From Mobula hypostoma (Eukaryota), in the NCBI RefSeq assembly GCF_963921235.1, contig NC_086098.1, positions 237,398,001-237,462,000 of the forward strand: a stretch of 64,000 bases of DNA, given 5' to 3'. Under the pieces are notes generated by a model that ran no database searches, had not been told where the DNA came from, and saw nothing but the letters and a program-made list of their open reading frames with translations. Below are positions 23,578 through 36,014 of the stretch, piece after piece; position 1 is the first letter of the stretch; every line of letters starts with the position of its first letter. The position numbers and the translations under genes were made by a program.

Positions 23578-26500
23578 GAATCTGGCTTGTTTCTGCTTGG
23601 ATGGATTACGGAGTATTTGACCGAACCTGGGGTCACAGTAAAACACTCTGATCGACTCAAGACCTGACTCTCCGCGATGGACAAAAATTGTACAGGCTCA
23701 TTTATTATGTGAATAAAATGTTGGACTAACATTGCTGTCGCGATTCAGGCATATTCTAATCCTTAAGTGAAGAACAAAGGCTTCTTGCATAGATTACATT
23801 GTCTAATCTCAAAACCTCCCTCGGGGTTATTTTTTGTTTTTTTTCTTCTGTATAAATTAAATATATTGGAATATGATTAAAAAGAATGGCTTTGCATTGA
23901 TCAATGGCAATTTTCGAGGTTATTCCACTTGTGGGTACAACTTACGCTGCAGCTTAATCAGTTATTGTACATTATGTTTATTAGGATTGCCTTTATATTT
24001 ATTGTGCTTCTTTGCGCGTATATTGTGCTTACTGTGCTTCTTGTCTTTTACGCTGCAACGGATCCAGAGCGGCAATCATTTTGTTCTATTTATAAAGTCG
24101 TATGCTGAAGAATGACAATAAACAATCTTGACTCTTGATTCTTGAACGTGTATAAACCGCTACTTGGCAAACACTCGAAGCATTTGGAGAAATTCTTTGC
24201 CCACATCCGATAAAGACTTCTTTGCCCTTTTAGGGAATACAGCCTGGTTTTAGACCATAAACCATTAGACTACATGACATAGGAAAATGTTAGGCCAATC
24301 AGACCACCGAGTTGGCTCCGTTACTCCATCATTGCCGAATTCCTATCCCCTTCAATACCATTCTTCTGCCTTCCTTTGACATCCTTACTGATCAAGAAAC
24401 TATCAAACTCCGCTTTACGGATACTCAAAATTTGGCCTTCACAACTCTCTGTGGTAATGAATTCTACAGATTCACCACCCTCTGGATAAATAAATATATC
24501 TTCTTCTCTGTTTTAAAGAGACGTCCTTCTATTCTGAGGCTGTGCCTTTGCTCTTACATTTCCCCACTATAGGAAATATCCTCTCCACATGCACTGCAGC
24601 TAGACCTTTGTTCAACATGCTTCACTGAGATCTCTCTTCATTCTCCAAAACTCCAGCCATCAGACGGTCCTCATAAGGTAGACTTTTCATTCCCGTTATT
24701 ATTCCCGTGAACTCTGTCTGCCAAAACATACTTTACTAGATAAGAGGCCGAAAACTGCTCACAATATATCAAGTGTAATCTGACCAAATAATACCTGAGA
24801 TACATACCGAGAAGCGTTCGTCAAATTAGGTTTGAAGTTTCTGTACGACCTTCCGGTTCCCTTGAAGATTTTGAAAATAACGCTGCAGTTAGACGAGTAA
24901 AGAATTATATAATGGGTTTTCAATATAGTTATCCGGTTAGAAAGAACCTGCCACCGGTCGGGAGCCTCTAGCAGAAGGAGACAGAACCAGGGTTCTAGAT
25001 GTGACGTTAAGGAATTCTTCTTATCAAAAACTGGAGGAAATGTATTATTCTCTGGTGCAAACGGCAAAAAATGTCGGAGTAACTGCTTCATTAAATCTGA
25101 TGCAGCACAATCTTTACTAATTGTGCATATGGATGAAAGCAGGGGACAGACGGATCATTGCGAATGGCTTCCTCACACCGATCATGCAACTGAGCTCCAC
25201 CAGGAGAAAACTGCGTAACCCCTACGGATTTCCCCGTACATCCATATTCTGGGTCAAACATGATACCTTTGTCTTACCATTAGCACCACACGGAGCCTCG
25301 GCTGAAGGGAAACTTTGCAACGCGTTTTAGAAATCGCTGCTGAAGTGAAGATTGACAAAATGTCAGTCTGCTGGAAATTACTTTATTTGTGGTAACATCA
25401 TTCCATGTGTCGTGTGTGAGTTCTGTGTACTGTATCGTGACGCACTTTGACCCGGAGAAAAGCCTTTTTGTTTGGCTGTATACTTGTGTAAGTTTGAAAA
25501 GCAGTAAATTGCACTTGAACTTGTAGTGAATCATCCCACACTTACCATAAGTCTACCAAATATTTTTAGATCTGAAACAGTGTGTCGATTGACTGCAATC
25601 AAACTGGGTTTCTTGTCTTTCTTGCTAAATATGTTTTAATTGTGTAAGCATTTGACTCTGTGCCTTCTGAAGCAGAGGAAGTCCTCGTCATTTCAACTGG
25701 AGACCAATACTGTCAAAGTATTATTACTGGTAGCTTCAAATACCCTCCGTCTCCTCACCCATTTTCCCCTAACGTCTCCCCTCCTCTTTTCCCGCTCTTC
25801 GTTGTTGGCTGCCCTCCAGCTCCGCACCTCAGAGTACCCTTTGTTAAAGCAAGCATGGTGGTAGGAATCTGAATTGGCCCAGTTATTAAACTCCGAATCA
25901 GAATCAGGTTTAATATCATCACCACATGTTGATTTGCGGCAACAGTAAATTGCAAAATATAATAATAAAAACTATAAATTACAATTAGTAGATTTAAATA
26001 TTTAATTAAATCAATCGTACAAAAAGAGAGGGAAAATACTGAGGTAGCGTGATGGTTTCATTGTCCATTCAGAAATCATTGGCAGGCGGAAATAAGCTGT
26101 TGCTGAAACGTTGCATGTCTCTTCCTACTCCAATGTGTTTTCCTTGATGGTAGCAATAAGAAGACGGCATGTCAAATTTAGCTGTCCTTGCCGACTGAAG
26201 TAACGTGTCTTTACAGAATCCTTCACAAAATTTCGGGAAATTTACGCCGGAAGAATGCATTCTGTACAAACAGTGTAAACCCTGGACTGGGAACGCGAGT
26301 TTACACGTTATTAAGCACCGGTCGACATTGAACGTAGTCTGTTTCAGATCTGGCCCTTGAATCATTTGTCATAGTCTAACCGCAAATTTTTGACCTGTGA
26401 ATTTTTGCTGTATCTTTGCTCAGTTTCAGCTGGATAAACCATTCAACTGTAAGGCCTGCTTCCGGTGACACCTCTCAGCTGCACGCGCAGACACCTCGCA

Positions 26501-27010
26501 TTCTCCACCCAGTTCACTGGATTCACCTGATGCTCTTTCCAGTCTCCTCATCTGTAGTTTATTTATCCACAGTTCTCATCCACAGTCCTTGTTCTCTCTT
26601 CGAACTAATCTTATCCAGTTGATCATAGTTTTCACTCCTCCTGGCTAACGCAGACCTTGTCTCCTGTAGCTTGTTGGCTGTAGTTTGCTTTCTCTCCTTT
26701 TGTGGTCCCATGAGGCTTGTTATTTTGCGGTCTATTAGTACAGTCATCATTCATCGCTTCATCGTCTCCATGGCTTTGCTTTGGGTCAGGCATCCTCTGC
26801 GTTTCTCAACAGCAACGCGTGGAATCGAAAATGCAATGCGCTATAGATATCCAGTCTGTCTTACTGTACATTGTGACTGAAGCCTTCTTAAAGTTCTTGA
26901 ATTATATCAATCCGAATTTCCGTAGAGGATAAAAAGTAAAGTTAAATTCTTTTTCAGATAAGTCACATATCTTTGTTAAACTTCACTTTCGCATTCCGAT
27001 ATGTCGATCC

Positions 27011-27300
27011 ATGGCCTCCTCCACTATCGTGAACAGGCGACACTCAGGTTGGAGGAACAACATCTTGGATTACATCTGCGTAGCCTTCAACCTGATGCAT
27101 GAACATCGATTTCTCGAACTTCCGATAACGCCCACCCCTTCTTCTTCACCATTCCCTATGCCCTTTTCCTTTGTCCTCTTATCTCCTTGCCTACCTATCA
27201 TCCCCCCCCCCCCCGGTGTTCCTACCCTCTTTTCTTTCTTTCATGACCCTCTATTCTCTTCTATTAGACTCCACCCTCTCAAACTCCGTGTCTCTTTCAC
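27011..27300 (+). mobile_element. Penelope-like element 3' fragment
   Basis: The translation ATLRLEEQHL...SLQPD...NIDFSNFR is followed by the pyrimidine-rich 3' region typical of these repeats. Confidence 0.6.
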
Positions 27301-29162
27301 CAATTATGTTCCCAGATCTTTACTCCATCTCCTCTTGGAATGTGGTTTGCAAATGAAGCGGAAGAATTTCACAGAGATGTCGAGAGATGTTGTCCCAGGA
27401 GCTGGTATATAGGGCAGGACACGCAGTTTCTCAACTGGGTATGTTTGAAATTGCTTAACGTTGTTTAGCTGACGTAAGTATGCAGACACTGGGAAAGACA
27501 TACATGTCCTCTGTATTGCATTGACGCATACTTGAGCATGACTCCCGGGAGGTCAGAAAATCTGCAACGAGTGACAGGAACTGTAACTAACCTCCTTTCC
27601 CGATAGGAGACCTGCTACTGCACGTCATATCCGGATGACGAAATCTTCTCTTCCGCCTGACTTCTCGCTGTCGAGCCCGCTTTAAAAAATCAGACGAGCG
27701 TAGGTAGACTGCGAGTGGAAACGGAGAACATCGCCGAATGTCACGGGGATAGGAGGAGACCGGTCGCCCCATCAACCTTCTTCTACAGTATGATTAAATT
27801 CTGTTTCGCTTCAGTGGTGCGAAGACTCCCTCAAAGAATCCTCAGAATCGGCTTTTGGGAGTGAGGTGAAGAAGCAAGGTCGTACTATAAGACCACAAGA
27901 CATAGATGCAGAATTAGGTCATTCGACCCATTAAATCTTCTCCACCATTCTAGCAAGGCTAATTTATTATCCTTCTCAACTCTATTATCCTGCCTGCCCC
28001 CACACCCTCTCGTAACGTTTGACGCCCTGTCGACCTCCACTTTGGCTCAATGAATGCCTCCTTATCTCTGTACTGAAGGGACCTCTTTGCCTTCGTAGGG
28101 GATAATGGCCACGGTGTTTCAAGTTAAGTGAATTAAGTTGTGCATACTTGGATGTAGACATACTTCGGATGTAATTAGAAATAACGAATTTTTCCTTGCC
28201 TCAGTGGGACAAACCTATCCTGAACCCAGCACAAGTGGTCCCTAAACTTCTTCCACATTACTTCTGTGCTTTCTCCCTTGAACATCTTTTTCCAATTTAC
28301 TCTTGCTAGTTCCTGCCTCATCCATTCATAGTTAGCCCTTCCCCAGTTAAGCACATTCCCATTTTGCCTGTTTTTATCCTTTTCCATAGCTATGCTGAAG
28401 CTACGGGAACTGTTCTCACTCTCTCCAAAATGCTCCCCTACCAAATGGTCTATCACCTGACCAGGTTCATTTCCCAGAACTAGATCAAGTAGGACCTCAA
28501 GTAGGACCTCTCTCCTCTCGTCGGCCGGTCCACATACTGTGTCAGGAATCCTTCTTGAACACACCTGAAAATTCAGCCCCTTGCAGTGAGGGCATGCCAG
28601 TCAATATGAGGGAGGTTGAAATCACCCATAACTACAACCCAATATTTCCTGCACTATTCTAAAAACTGCCTGCTTATCTGCTCCTCGGTGCCCCGAGGGC
28701 TATTTGGGTGCCTATAGACTACTCCCAGCGCAGTGATTGATCCCTTCTTATTTCTAACTTCCACCCATACTGACTGCAGAGAACACTCCCTCTGCAGCGT
28801 CCTTTCTTTATATAGCCGTGATACTATCCCTGACCAGTAATGCTACTCCACCCCCCTACTTTTCTACGTCCCATCCTAATACTTTTAAAACACCTAAACC
28901 CCGGTGCCTGCATCATCCAATCCTGCCCTACCTCCAGCCAAGTTTCAGTAACGGCCACAGCATCGTAGTCCTCATACTGATCCATGCTCTAAGTTTATCC
29001 CCTTTATTGCTAATACGCCTAGTGTTCAAATTGACACATTTCAACCCCTCTAACTGGCTATATTTATGTTTTGTCCCCAGCCTGTCCTTCCTCGGTAACT
29101 CAGAACACATAGCATCATGCCAATGTCCTTCTACCCTAATTTCTGCACTCATATTCTGTATC

Positions 29163-31642
29163 AATCTACATGTAGACTGGGTGAACCAAATTGGTAAAGG
29201 TGCTGAGGAAGAGGATTTCTTGGAATGTATGCGGGATGGTTTTTTGAACCAACATGTCGAGGAACCGACTAGAGAGCAGGCTATTCTGGACTGGGTTTTG
29301 AGCAATGAGGAAGGGTTAATTAGCGATCTTGTCGTGAGAGGCCCCTTGGGTAAGAGTGACCATAATATGGTGGAATTCTTCATTAACATGGAGAGTGACG
29401 TAGTTAATTCAGAAACAAAGGTTCTGAACTTAAAGAGGGGTAACTTTGAAGGTATGAGACATGAATTAGCTAAGATAGACTGGCAAATGACACTTCAAGG
29501 ATTGACGGTGGATATGCAATGGCAGGCATTTAAAGGTTGCATGGATGAACTACAACAATTGTTCATCCCAGTTTGGCAAAAGAATAAATCAAGGAAGGTA
29601 GTGCACCCGTGGCTGACAAGAGAAATTAGGGATAGTATCAATTCCAAAGAAGTAGCATACAAATTAGCCAGAGAAAGTGGCTCACCTGAGGACTGGGAGA
29701 AATTCAGAGTTCAGCAGAGGAGGACAAAGGGCTTAATTAGGAAGGGGAAAAAAGATTATGAGAGAAAACTGGCAGAGAACATAAAAACGGACTGTAAAAG
29801 CTTTTATAGATATGTAAAAAGGAAAAGACTGATAAAGACAAATGTAGGTCCCCTGCAAACAGAAACAGGTGAATTGATTATGGGGAGCAAGGACATGGCA
29901 GACCAATTGAATAATTACTTTGGTTCTGTCTTCACTAAGGAGGACATAAATAATCTTCCAGAAATAGTAAGGGACAGAAGGTCCAGTGAGATGGAGGAAC
30001 TGAGCGAAATACATGTTAGTAGGGAAGTGGTGTTAGGTAAATTGAAGGGATTGAAGGCAGATAAATCCCCAGGGCCAGATGGTCTGCATCCCAGAGTGCT
30101 TAAGGAAGTGGCCCAAGAAATAGTGGATGCATTAGTGATAATTTTTCAAAACTCGTTAGATTCTGGACTAGTTCCTGAGGATTGGAGGGTGGCTAATGTA
30201 ACCCCACTTTTTAAAAAAGGAGGGAGAGAGAAACCGGGGAATTATAGGCCGGTTAGCCTAACGTCGGTGGTGGGGAAACTGCTGGAGTCAGTTATCAAGG
30301 ATGTGATAACAGCACATTTGGAAAGCGGTGAAATGATCGGACAAAGTCAGCATGGATTTGTGAAAGGAAAATCATGTCTGACGAATCTCATAGAATTTTT
30401 TGAGGATGTAACTAGTAGAGTGGATAGGGGAGAACCAGTGGATGATGTATATTTGGATTTTCAAAAGGCTTTTGACAAGGTCCCACATAGGAGATTAGTG
30501 TGCAAACTTAAAGCACACGGTATTGGGGGTAAGGTATTGGTGTGGGTGGAGAATTGGTTAGCAGACAGGAAGCAAAGAGTGGGAATAAACGGGACCTTTT
30601 CAGAATGGCAGGCGGTGACTAGTGGGGTACCGCAAGGCTCAGTGCTGGGACCCCAGTTGTTTACAATATATATTAATGACTTGGATGAGGGAATTAAATG
30701 CAGCATCTCCAAGTTTGCGGATGACACGAAGCTGGGTGGCAGTGTTAGCAGTGAGGAGGATGCTAAGAGGATGCAGGGTGACTTGGATAGGTTGGGTGAG
30801 TGGGCAAACTCATGGCAGATGCAATTTAATGTGGATAAATGTGAAGTTATCCACTTTGGTGGCAAAAATAGGAAAACAGATTATTATCTGAATGGTGGCC
30901 GATTAGGAAAAGGGGAGGTGCAACGAGACCTGGGTGTCATTATACACCAGTCATTGAAAGTGGGCATGCAGGTACAGCAGGCGGTGAAAAAGGCGAACGG
31001 TATGCTGGCATTTATAGCGAGAGGATTCGAGTACAGGAGCAGGGAGGTACTACTGCAGTTGTACAAGGCCTTGGTGAGACCACACCTGGAGTATTGTGTG
31101 CAGTTTTGGTCCCCTAATCTGAGGAAAGACATCTTTGCCATAGAGGGAGTACAAAGAAGGTTCACCAGATTGATTCCTGGGATGGCAGGTCTTTCATATG
31201 AAGAAAGACTGGATGAACTGGGCTTGTACTCATTGGAATTTAGAAGATTGAGGGGGGATCTGATTGAAACGTATAAGATCCTAAAGGGATTGGACAGGCT
31301 AGATGCAGGAAGATTGTTCCCGATGTTGGGGAGGTCTAGAACGAGGGGTCACAGTTTGAGGATAGAGGGGAAGCCTTTTAGGACCGAGGTTAGGAAAAAC
31401 TTCTTCACACAGAGAGTGGTGAATCTGTGGAATTCTCTGCCACAGCAAACTGTTGAGGCCAGTTCATTAGCTATGTTTAAAAGGAAGTTAGATATGGCCC
31501 TTGTGGCTACAGGGGTCAGGGGGTATGGAGGGAAGGCTGGGTTCTGAGTTGGATGATCAGCCATGATCATAATAAATGGCGGTGCAGGCTCGAAGGGCCG
31601 AATGGCCTACTCCTGCACCTATTTTCTATGTTTCTATGTTTC
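29163..31642 (+). mobile_element. Young 5'-truncated CR1 with an uninterrupted ORF2 frame (endonuclease end + RT)
   Basis: The frame is open from 29163 to the stop at 31547 (KSDHN, QGSVLGP, FADD). The tail is (TTTCTATG)n, and TATC is duplicated at 29159-29162 and 31643-31646. Confidence 0.92.
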
Positions 31643-32429
31643 TATCACAGCCGCCTGCAATACTAGTGTAAACCTTCCCCAACCGATTTAGAAAACCTGC
31701 CCGCCAGGATATTGGGCCCGTTCCAGTTTAGGTGCAGCCCGTCCTTTTCGTACAGGTCAGACCTTACCCAGAAGAGATCCCAATGATCCAGAAATCTGAA
31801 CCCCTTCCCCCTGACGTAACTCTTCAGCCACACATTCATCTGCCATAACTTCTTGTCCCTACCCTCTCTGTCTCGTAGCACGCGCAGCAATCCTGACATT
31901 ACCACCCTTGAGGTCCTGCCTTTTAACTTCTTACCTAACTCCCTATATTCCTTCTTCAGGACCTCATCCCTACTCCTGTCTATATCATTCGTCCTCACGT
32001 GGACCACAACATCTGGCTGCTCACCCTCTCGCCAGAGAATACCAAGAACTCCATCCGAGATATCGCGGACCCTAGCACTAGGGGGGCAACAGACCATTCG
32101 GGATCCTCGATATCTTCCACTGAACCTCTTATTTGTTCCCCTAACTATCGATCCCCTATCACTACTACTTTCCTCTTTTCCCTCCTTTCTTTCTGATCTA
32201 AGGGTCCAGTCTCGGTGCCAGAGACTCGGGCACTACAACTTGTCCCTGGTAGGTCGTCCCTACCAACAGTATCCAAAACAGTCTACTTATTGTTGATGGG
32301 AACGGCTACAGGAATGCTCTACTCTTTCTGTCTATTCCCCTCCTCTCTCCTGACAGTCACCCAGTTACCTGCTTCCTGACTTATAGGGGTGACTGTCTCT
32401 CTGAAACTCCGCCTCTGCCTCCCGAATGA

Positions 32430-32835
32430 TCTGAAGTTCAAGCAACACACATCAAAGTTGCTGGTGAACGCAGCAGGCCAGGCAGCATCTCTAGGAAGAG
32501 GTACAGTCGACGATTCAGGCCGAGACCCTTCGTCAGGACTAACTGAAGGAAGAGTTAGTAAGAGATTTGAAAGTGAGAGGGGAAGGGGGAGATCCAAAAT
32601 GATAGGAGAAGACAGGAGGGGGAGGGATGGAGCCAAGAGCTGGACAGGTGATTGGCAAAGGGGATATGAGAGAATCATGGGACAGGAGGTCCGGGGAGAA
32701 AGACAAGGGCGGGGGGCACCCAGAGGATGGGTAAGGGGTATAGTCAGGGGGACAGAGGGAGAAAAAGGAGAGAGAGAGAGAAAGAATGTGTGTATATAAA
32801 AAATAACGGATGGGGTACGAGGGGGAGGTGGGGCA
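32430..32835 (-). mobile_element. Penelope-derived terminal repeat with a hammerhead motif at 32504-32541
   Basis: The minus strand reads TAGTC-CTGACGA-AGGGTCTCGGCCT-GAATCGTC-GACTG. One core base is changed (GAAA to GAAT). Confidence 0.65.
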
Positions 32836-34559
32836 AGAGCGGTTTGACATGAGCTGCAGCTGGAGGCACCTTTTGCAGGTGTAGCCATTAGAGACAATTG
32901 TGCTGTCCCTGTCTTCTCACATCCTAAGATCTGAGCACTCGACTGCCCTATCTACTGTCTCCATTACCAATACTAAGTTAATTAAATTAATTAAAGAAAA
33001 TTACCTGGCCTTACTTCTCTGGGAGCAAGCTCGTCCTCCCCTTCTTCTCGCCGAAACCTCTCCAGCCAAAGCCTCAAAGCTCCACTCCTTCACTGGCCAC
33101 TCTGCTTGAGCTACCCCTCTCTTTATTTGTTTGAACTTTTCATTTATCGATTGCCCAATCAAACCGCTTGGTCACCTGACCTCGATTGCCCAATCAGCTG
33201 CTTTCTGCTCAGTCTGAGCTATTCAAATCTTGATTGAGTTGAGTGCATAATCCAACTGCTAAAACTGCCTAAACCTCTCGAGTCAAAGCCTCAAAGCTCC
33301 ACTACTTTACTGCCCCCCTCACTCACTGGCCGCTCTGCTTGAGCTACCCCTATTTTTATTTGTTTGAGCTTTCAATTTTCGATTGCCGAGTCAAATGGCT
33401 TGGTCACCAGAAGGTGGTGAATCTGTGGAATTCATTGCCAGAATTAGCTATTGAAGCGAAATCATTGAATATATTTAAAGCAGAGGTTGATACGTTCTTG
33501 ATTAGGCAGGGTTAACTTGATTAGTTAAAGGTTACGGGGAGAAGGTAGAGGAATGGTGCTCTGAGGGAAAATAAATCAGCCATGATGAAACGGCGGGGCC
33601 GAATCGAATGGTCAAATGGCCGAATTCGGCTCCTATGTCTTCATGGTCTTATTAATATCTACACCCGACAAACACTCAAAAATATGCACACTTGTATTTC
33701 CGGTTGACTCATCTCAACAACATTTATTTTTTTCCGGAAGGAGGGGACAAAAACGACCAGCTATTCTCCCATGCTTTGTGTTGCAGCATACTCCCTGAGT
33801 CATCTGATCCCAGTGGGATTTCTTCCCCCTTGCTCTGCAATCAATCTTCATCCCACTGGAGGAAGTGTTTTTCCTTACTCTCCGCCCCATCACCCCAAAC
33901 CCGCAAAAACAATTGCCATTAATTCTTCGTAAAACAATTCGTAGGGCAAATTTAATTGACGTTCACGAATAGGACAAATGCAGGCAAACAAAACAGCTTT
34001 ACTCCGGGCCCAAGGTACAAAGCATAGTACCAACCATAAGACACATCGCAAGGCATATATGGTACATATAAGATAGCAGTAAAACGTAGCCAGGCAAAAG
34101 CTATATCGTCCAAGTTCCATAGGCAATGAATATTGCAGCCGGGTATATTCCAACGCAATACAGCTTATCTTCTGCCAAGCCAACACACGAAACACTTGGG
34201 TGTAAGAATAACCTGACATGAAGCTCTTTGGATCAGTGCCGTTGTTTTAGTATTGTAGCGGTGTGCTACACACAGCGCTAAAATAACTACACGTTGTGGG
34301 TGAGTTGGAGTTGCGATGAAAGAGATTTATTCCAACTTCGCGGCCTGCTTTAAAGCCTTCCCGTTCCCGCCTTCCCTGGGGCGGGACTGCTGTGGGGAAT
34401 GCATATTCCCAGACCCTTTCCGCGCGCGGGATTTTCCCCCTGCTGGTGAAGATGGCCTGGCGCCCTTTTTGAGGCCGGCCTCCGCCTGCGCGCGCTGTTT
34501 TGTGAGCCGGTTCGTGTGCGCTCGAAAGTGGGTCGCCACACTGTTACTAAAACTGCTGC

Positions 34560-35010
34560 ACTGTTCAGCCAAGGTAACATGCAGAGGGTAGAATAAATTG
34601 TTCGGAATAGCTGGAATTTTTCGTAGGATGCTTTGTTCTGCCACAGCCTCCAGTGTATCCACTTTGACTCCTACAGCTGAACCAGCCTTTCTAGTCAGTT
34701 TATTGAGCCTGTTGGCATTACCAGTGTTGAAGCCATTTTCCCAACACACCAGCACACAGAAGACTGTACTGCCGACAACAGACTGGTAGAACATGTGAAG
34801 GAAAGGCCTGCATTCTCCAAATGACCTCAATCTCCTCATATAGTAGAGGTGACCCTCGTCCTTCTTGTACACAGTTTCTGTGCTCCACTCAAGTGCACCA
34901 TCAGGTACTTATAGGTCCACATCACATCCACGTTCTCACCATCAATAGTAACAGCGAGCACTGCAGGCTTAGTCTTCCTGAAGTCCTTCACCATCTCCTT
35001 TGCCTTACTG
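34560..35010 (-). mobile_element. Rex1/Babar-like LINE RT C-terminal fragment
   Basis: LYYMRRLRSFG...MFYQSVVGSTVFCVLVCW...RLNKLTRKAGS. Confidence 0.7.
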
Positions 35011-35199
35011 CAGTTGAGCTGCCCTATTTTTCATTGTCTTCCACCAAGGCGCTCTATTCAAACTCCTGTCCTCTCTGTATGCACCCAACGAATGTTGAGT
35101 TACTGAGCAAATTAACAAATCAATTTTCCATCCATGCCAGTAAAATATTCTAATAGCGTAGGAGGTGTAGCAGTTTCAACACTATTTCAACACTGGCTG

Positions 35200-35340
35200 T
35201 AAGATCGGGTTTCAGGTACCCCGATATTTGTAACGAGTGTGTACGTTCTCCAGAAGACTGAGTTTGCTCGCAGTGCTCGGGTTTCCTCTACAGTCCAAAG
35301 ATGCATGGGTTACGGTTAGTAAGTTATGGGCACGTTAGTA
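35200..35340 (+). mobile_element. Degenerate V-SINE (HE1-like)
   Basis: Central V-domain-like GTGCTCGGGTTTCCTC...CAGTCCAAAGA. A second copy lies at 40850-41030. Confidence 0.5.
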
Positions 35341-35789
35341 AGTAGGTGCCGTCACGGTGACGACACCTACGGCTGCTACCTGCATATTCTCGACGCATGC
35401 GACGCATTTCACTGTATCCTTTGATGTATATGTGACACATAAAGCTAATCTTTAACACCTTACTAACTACTAAGAAGCTCAGAGTCTCTCTCTCTCTCCT
35501 GTCCCTCACAAGCGGTGAGCTAATTATAGTCGAAGCCAAAGCGTCTTCTTTCCTGCATCGCTTGACCCCATTCCTGCAACATTCTTGGATTTCTTTAGTC
35601 TTCTCACTGTGGACGTGGCCCTCAAATGTCAACTCGGCTTTCTATGACAGGACATACCCCAACATTGAGATTAATGTTCTTGCGGGTTGTCACAGTAAAT
35701 AAAAAAAGAAAAGCACTAGAATCAATAAAATCCCGTACATAAGACGGTTAAATAACCAAATGGCATGCAAGTACAAAAATAATACAGAA

Positions 35790-35905
35790 ATAACAATAAT
35801 ATTATTATTAATAATAATGATAACAACAACAATAATAATGATGATAATATTTATTATGTTTTATCATCATCATCATCATCATCATCATTATTATTATTCT
35901 TATTA
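35790..35905. repeat. Compound (AAT)n/(CAT)n microsatellite
   Basis: Directly visible trinucleotide runs. Confidence 0.9.
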
Positions 35906-36014
35906 TAAAATGCCCTGGTTTCCTTGGCTGTGTAAGTCTAGGGAAGACAACCTCCAGGTCCGCCAATCACACACCAAATCCCGGTTTGTGTGGATGCTGT
36001 GTGGTTAGCTACCC

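Larger units (their letters stand above)
28170..33410 (-). mobile_element. Older CR1 (5' UTR repeats, ORF1, endonuclease) interrupted by a younger CR1 and a Penelope-derived repeat
   Basis: A direct repeat of ~110-130 bp at 33060-33175 and 33280-33410 marks the 5' region. ORF1 motifs (VVVHVRTND) are at 31663-32097 and endonuclease motifs (LKCVNLN, LDLVLGNEPGQV) at 28175-29100. The sequence rejoins across the TATC duplication. Confidence 0.8.

Noticed and set aside
25120-25400. Possible V-like remnant on the minus strand (KVSCLTQ, FSWW)
   Set aside because: It requires several frameshifts and lacks the D-x-x-x-Y-x-C motif.
33060-33410. Direct repeats considered as a CRISPR-like or satellite array
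   Set aside because: There are only two units, located at the 5' end of a CR1 element in a vertebrate genome.
35590-35615. CACAGTG heptamers (here on -, also at ~5138, ~17644, ~44314 and ~47661) as recombination signals
   Set aside because: None has a nonamer at 12 or 23 bp spacing, and none abuts a V or J coding end.
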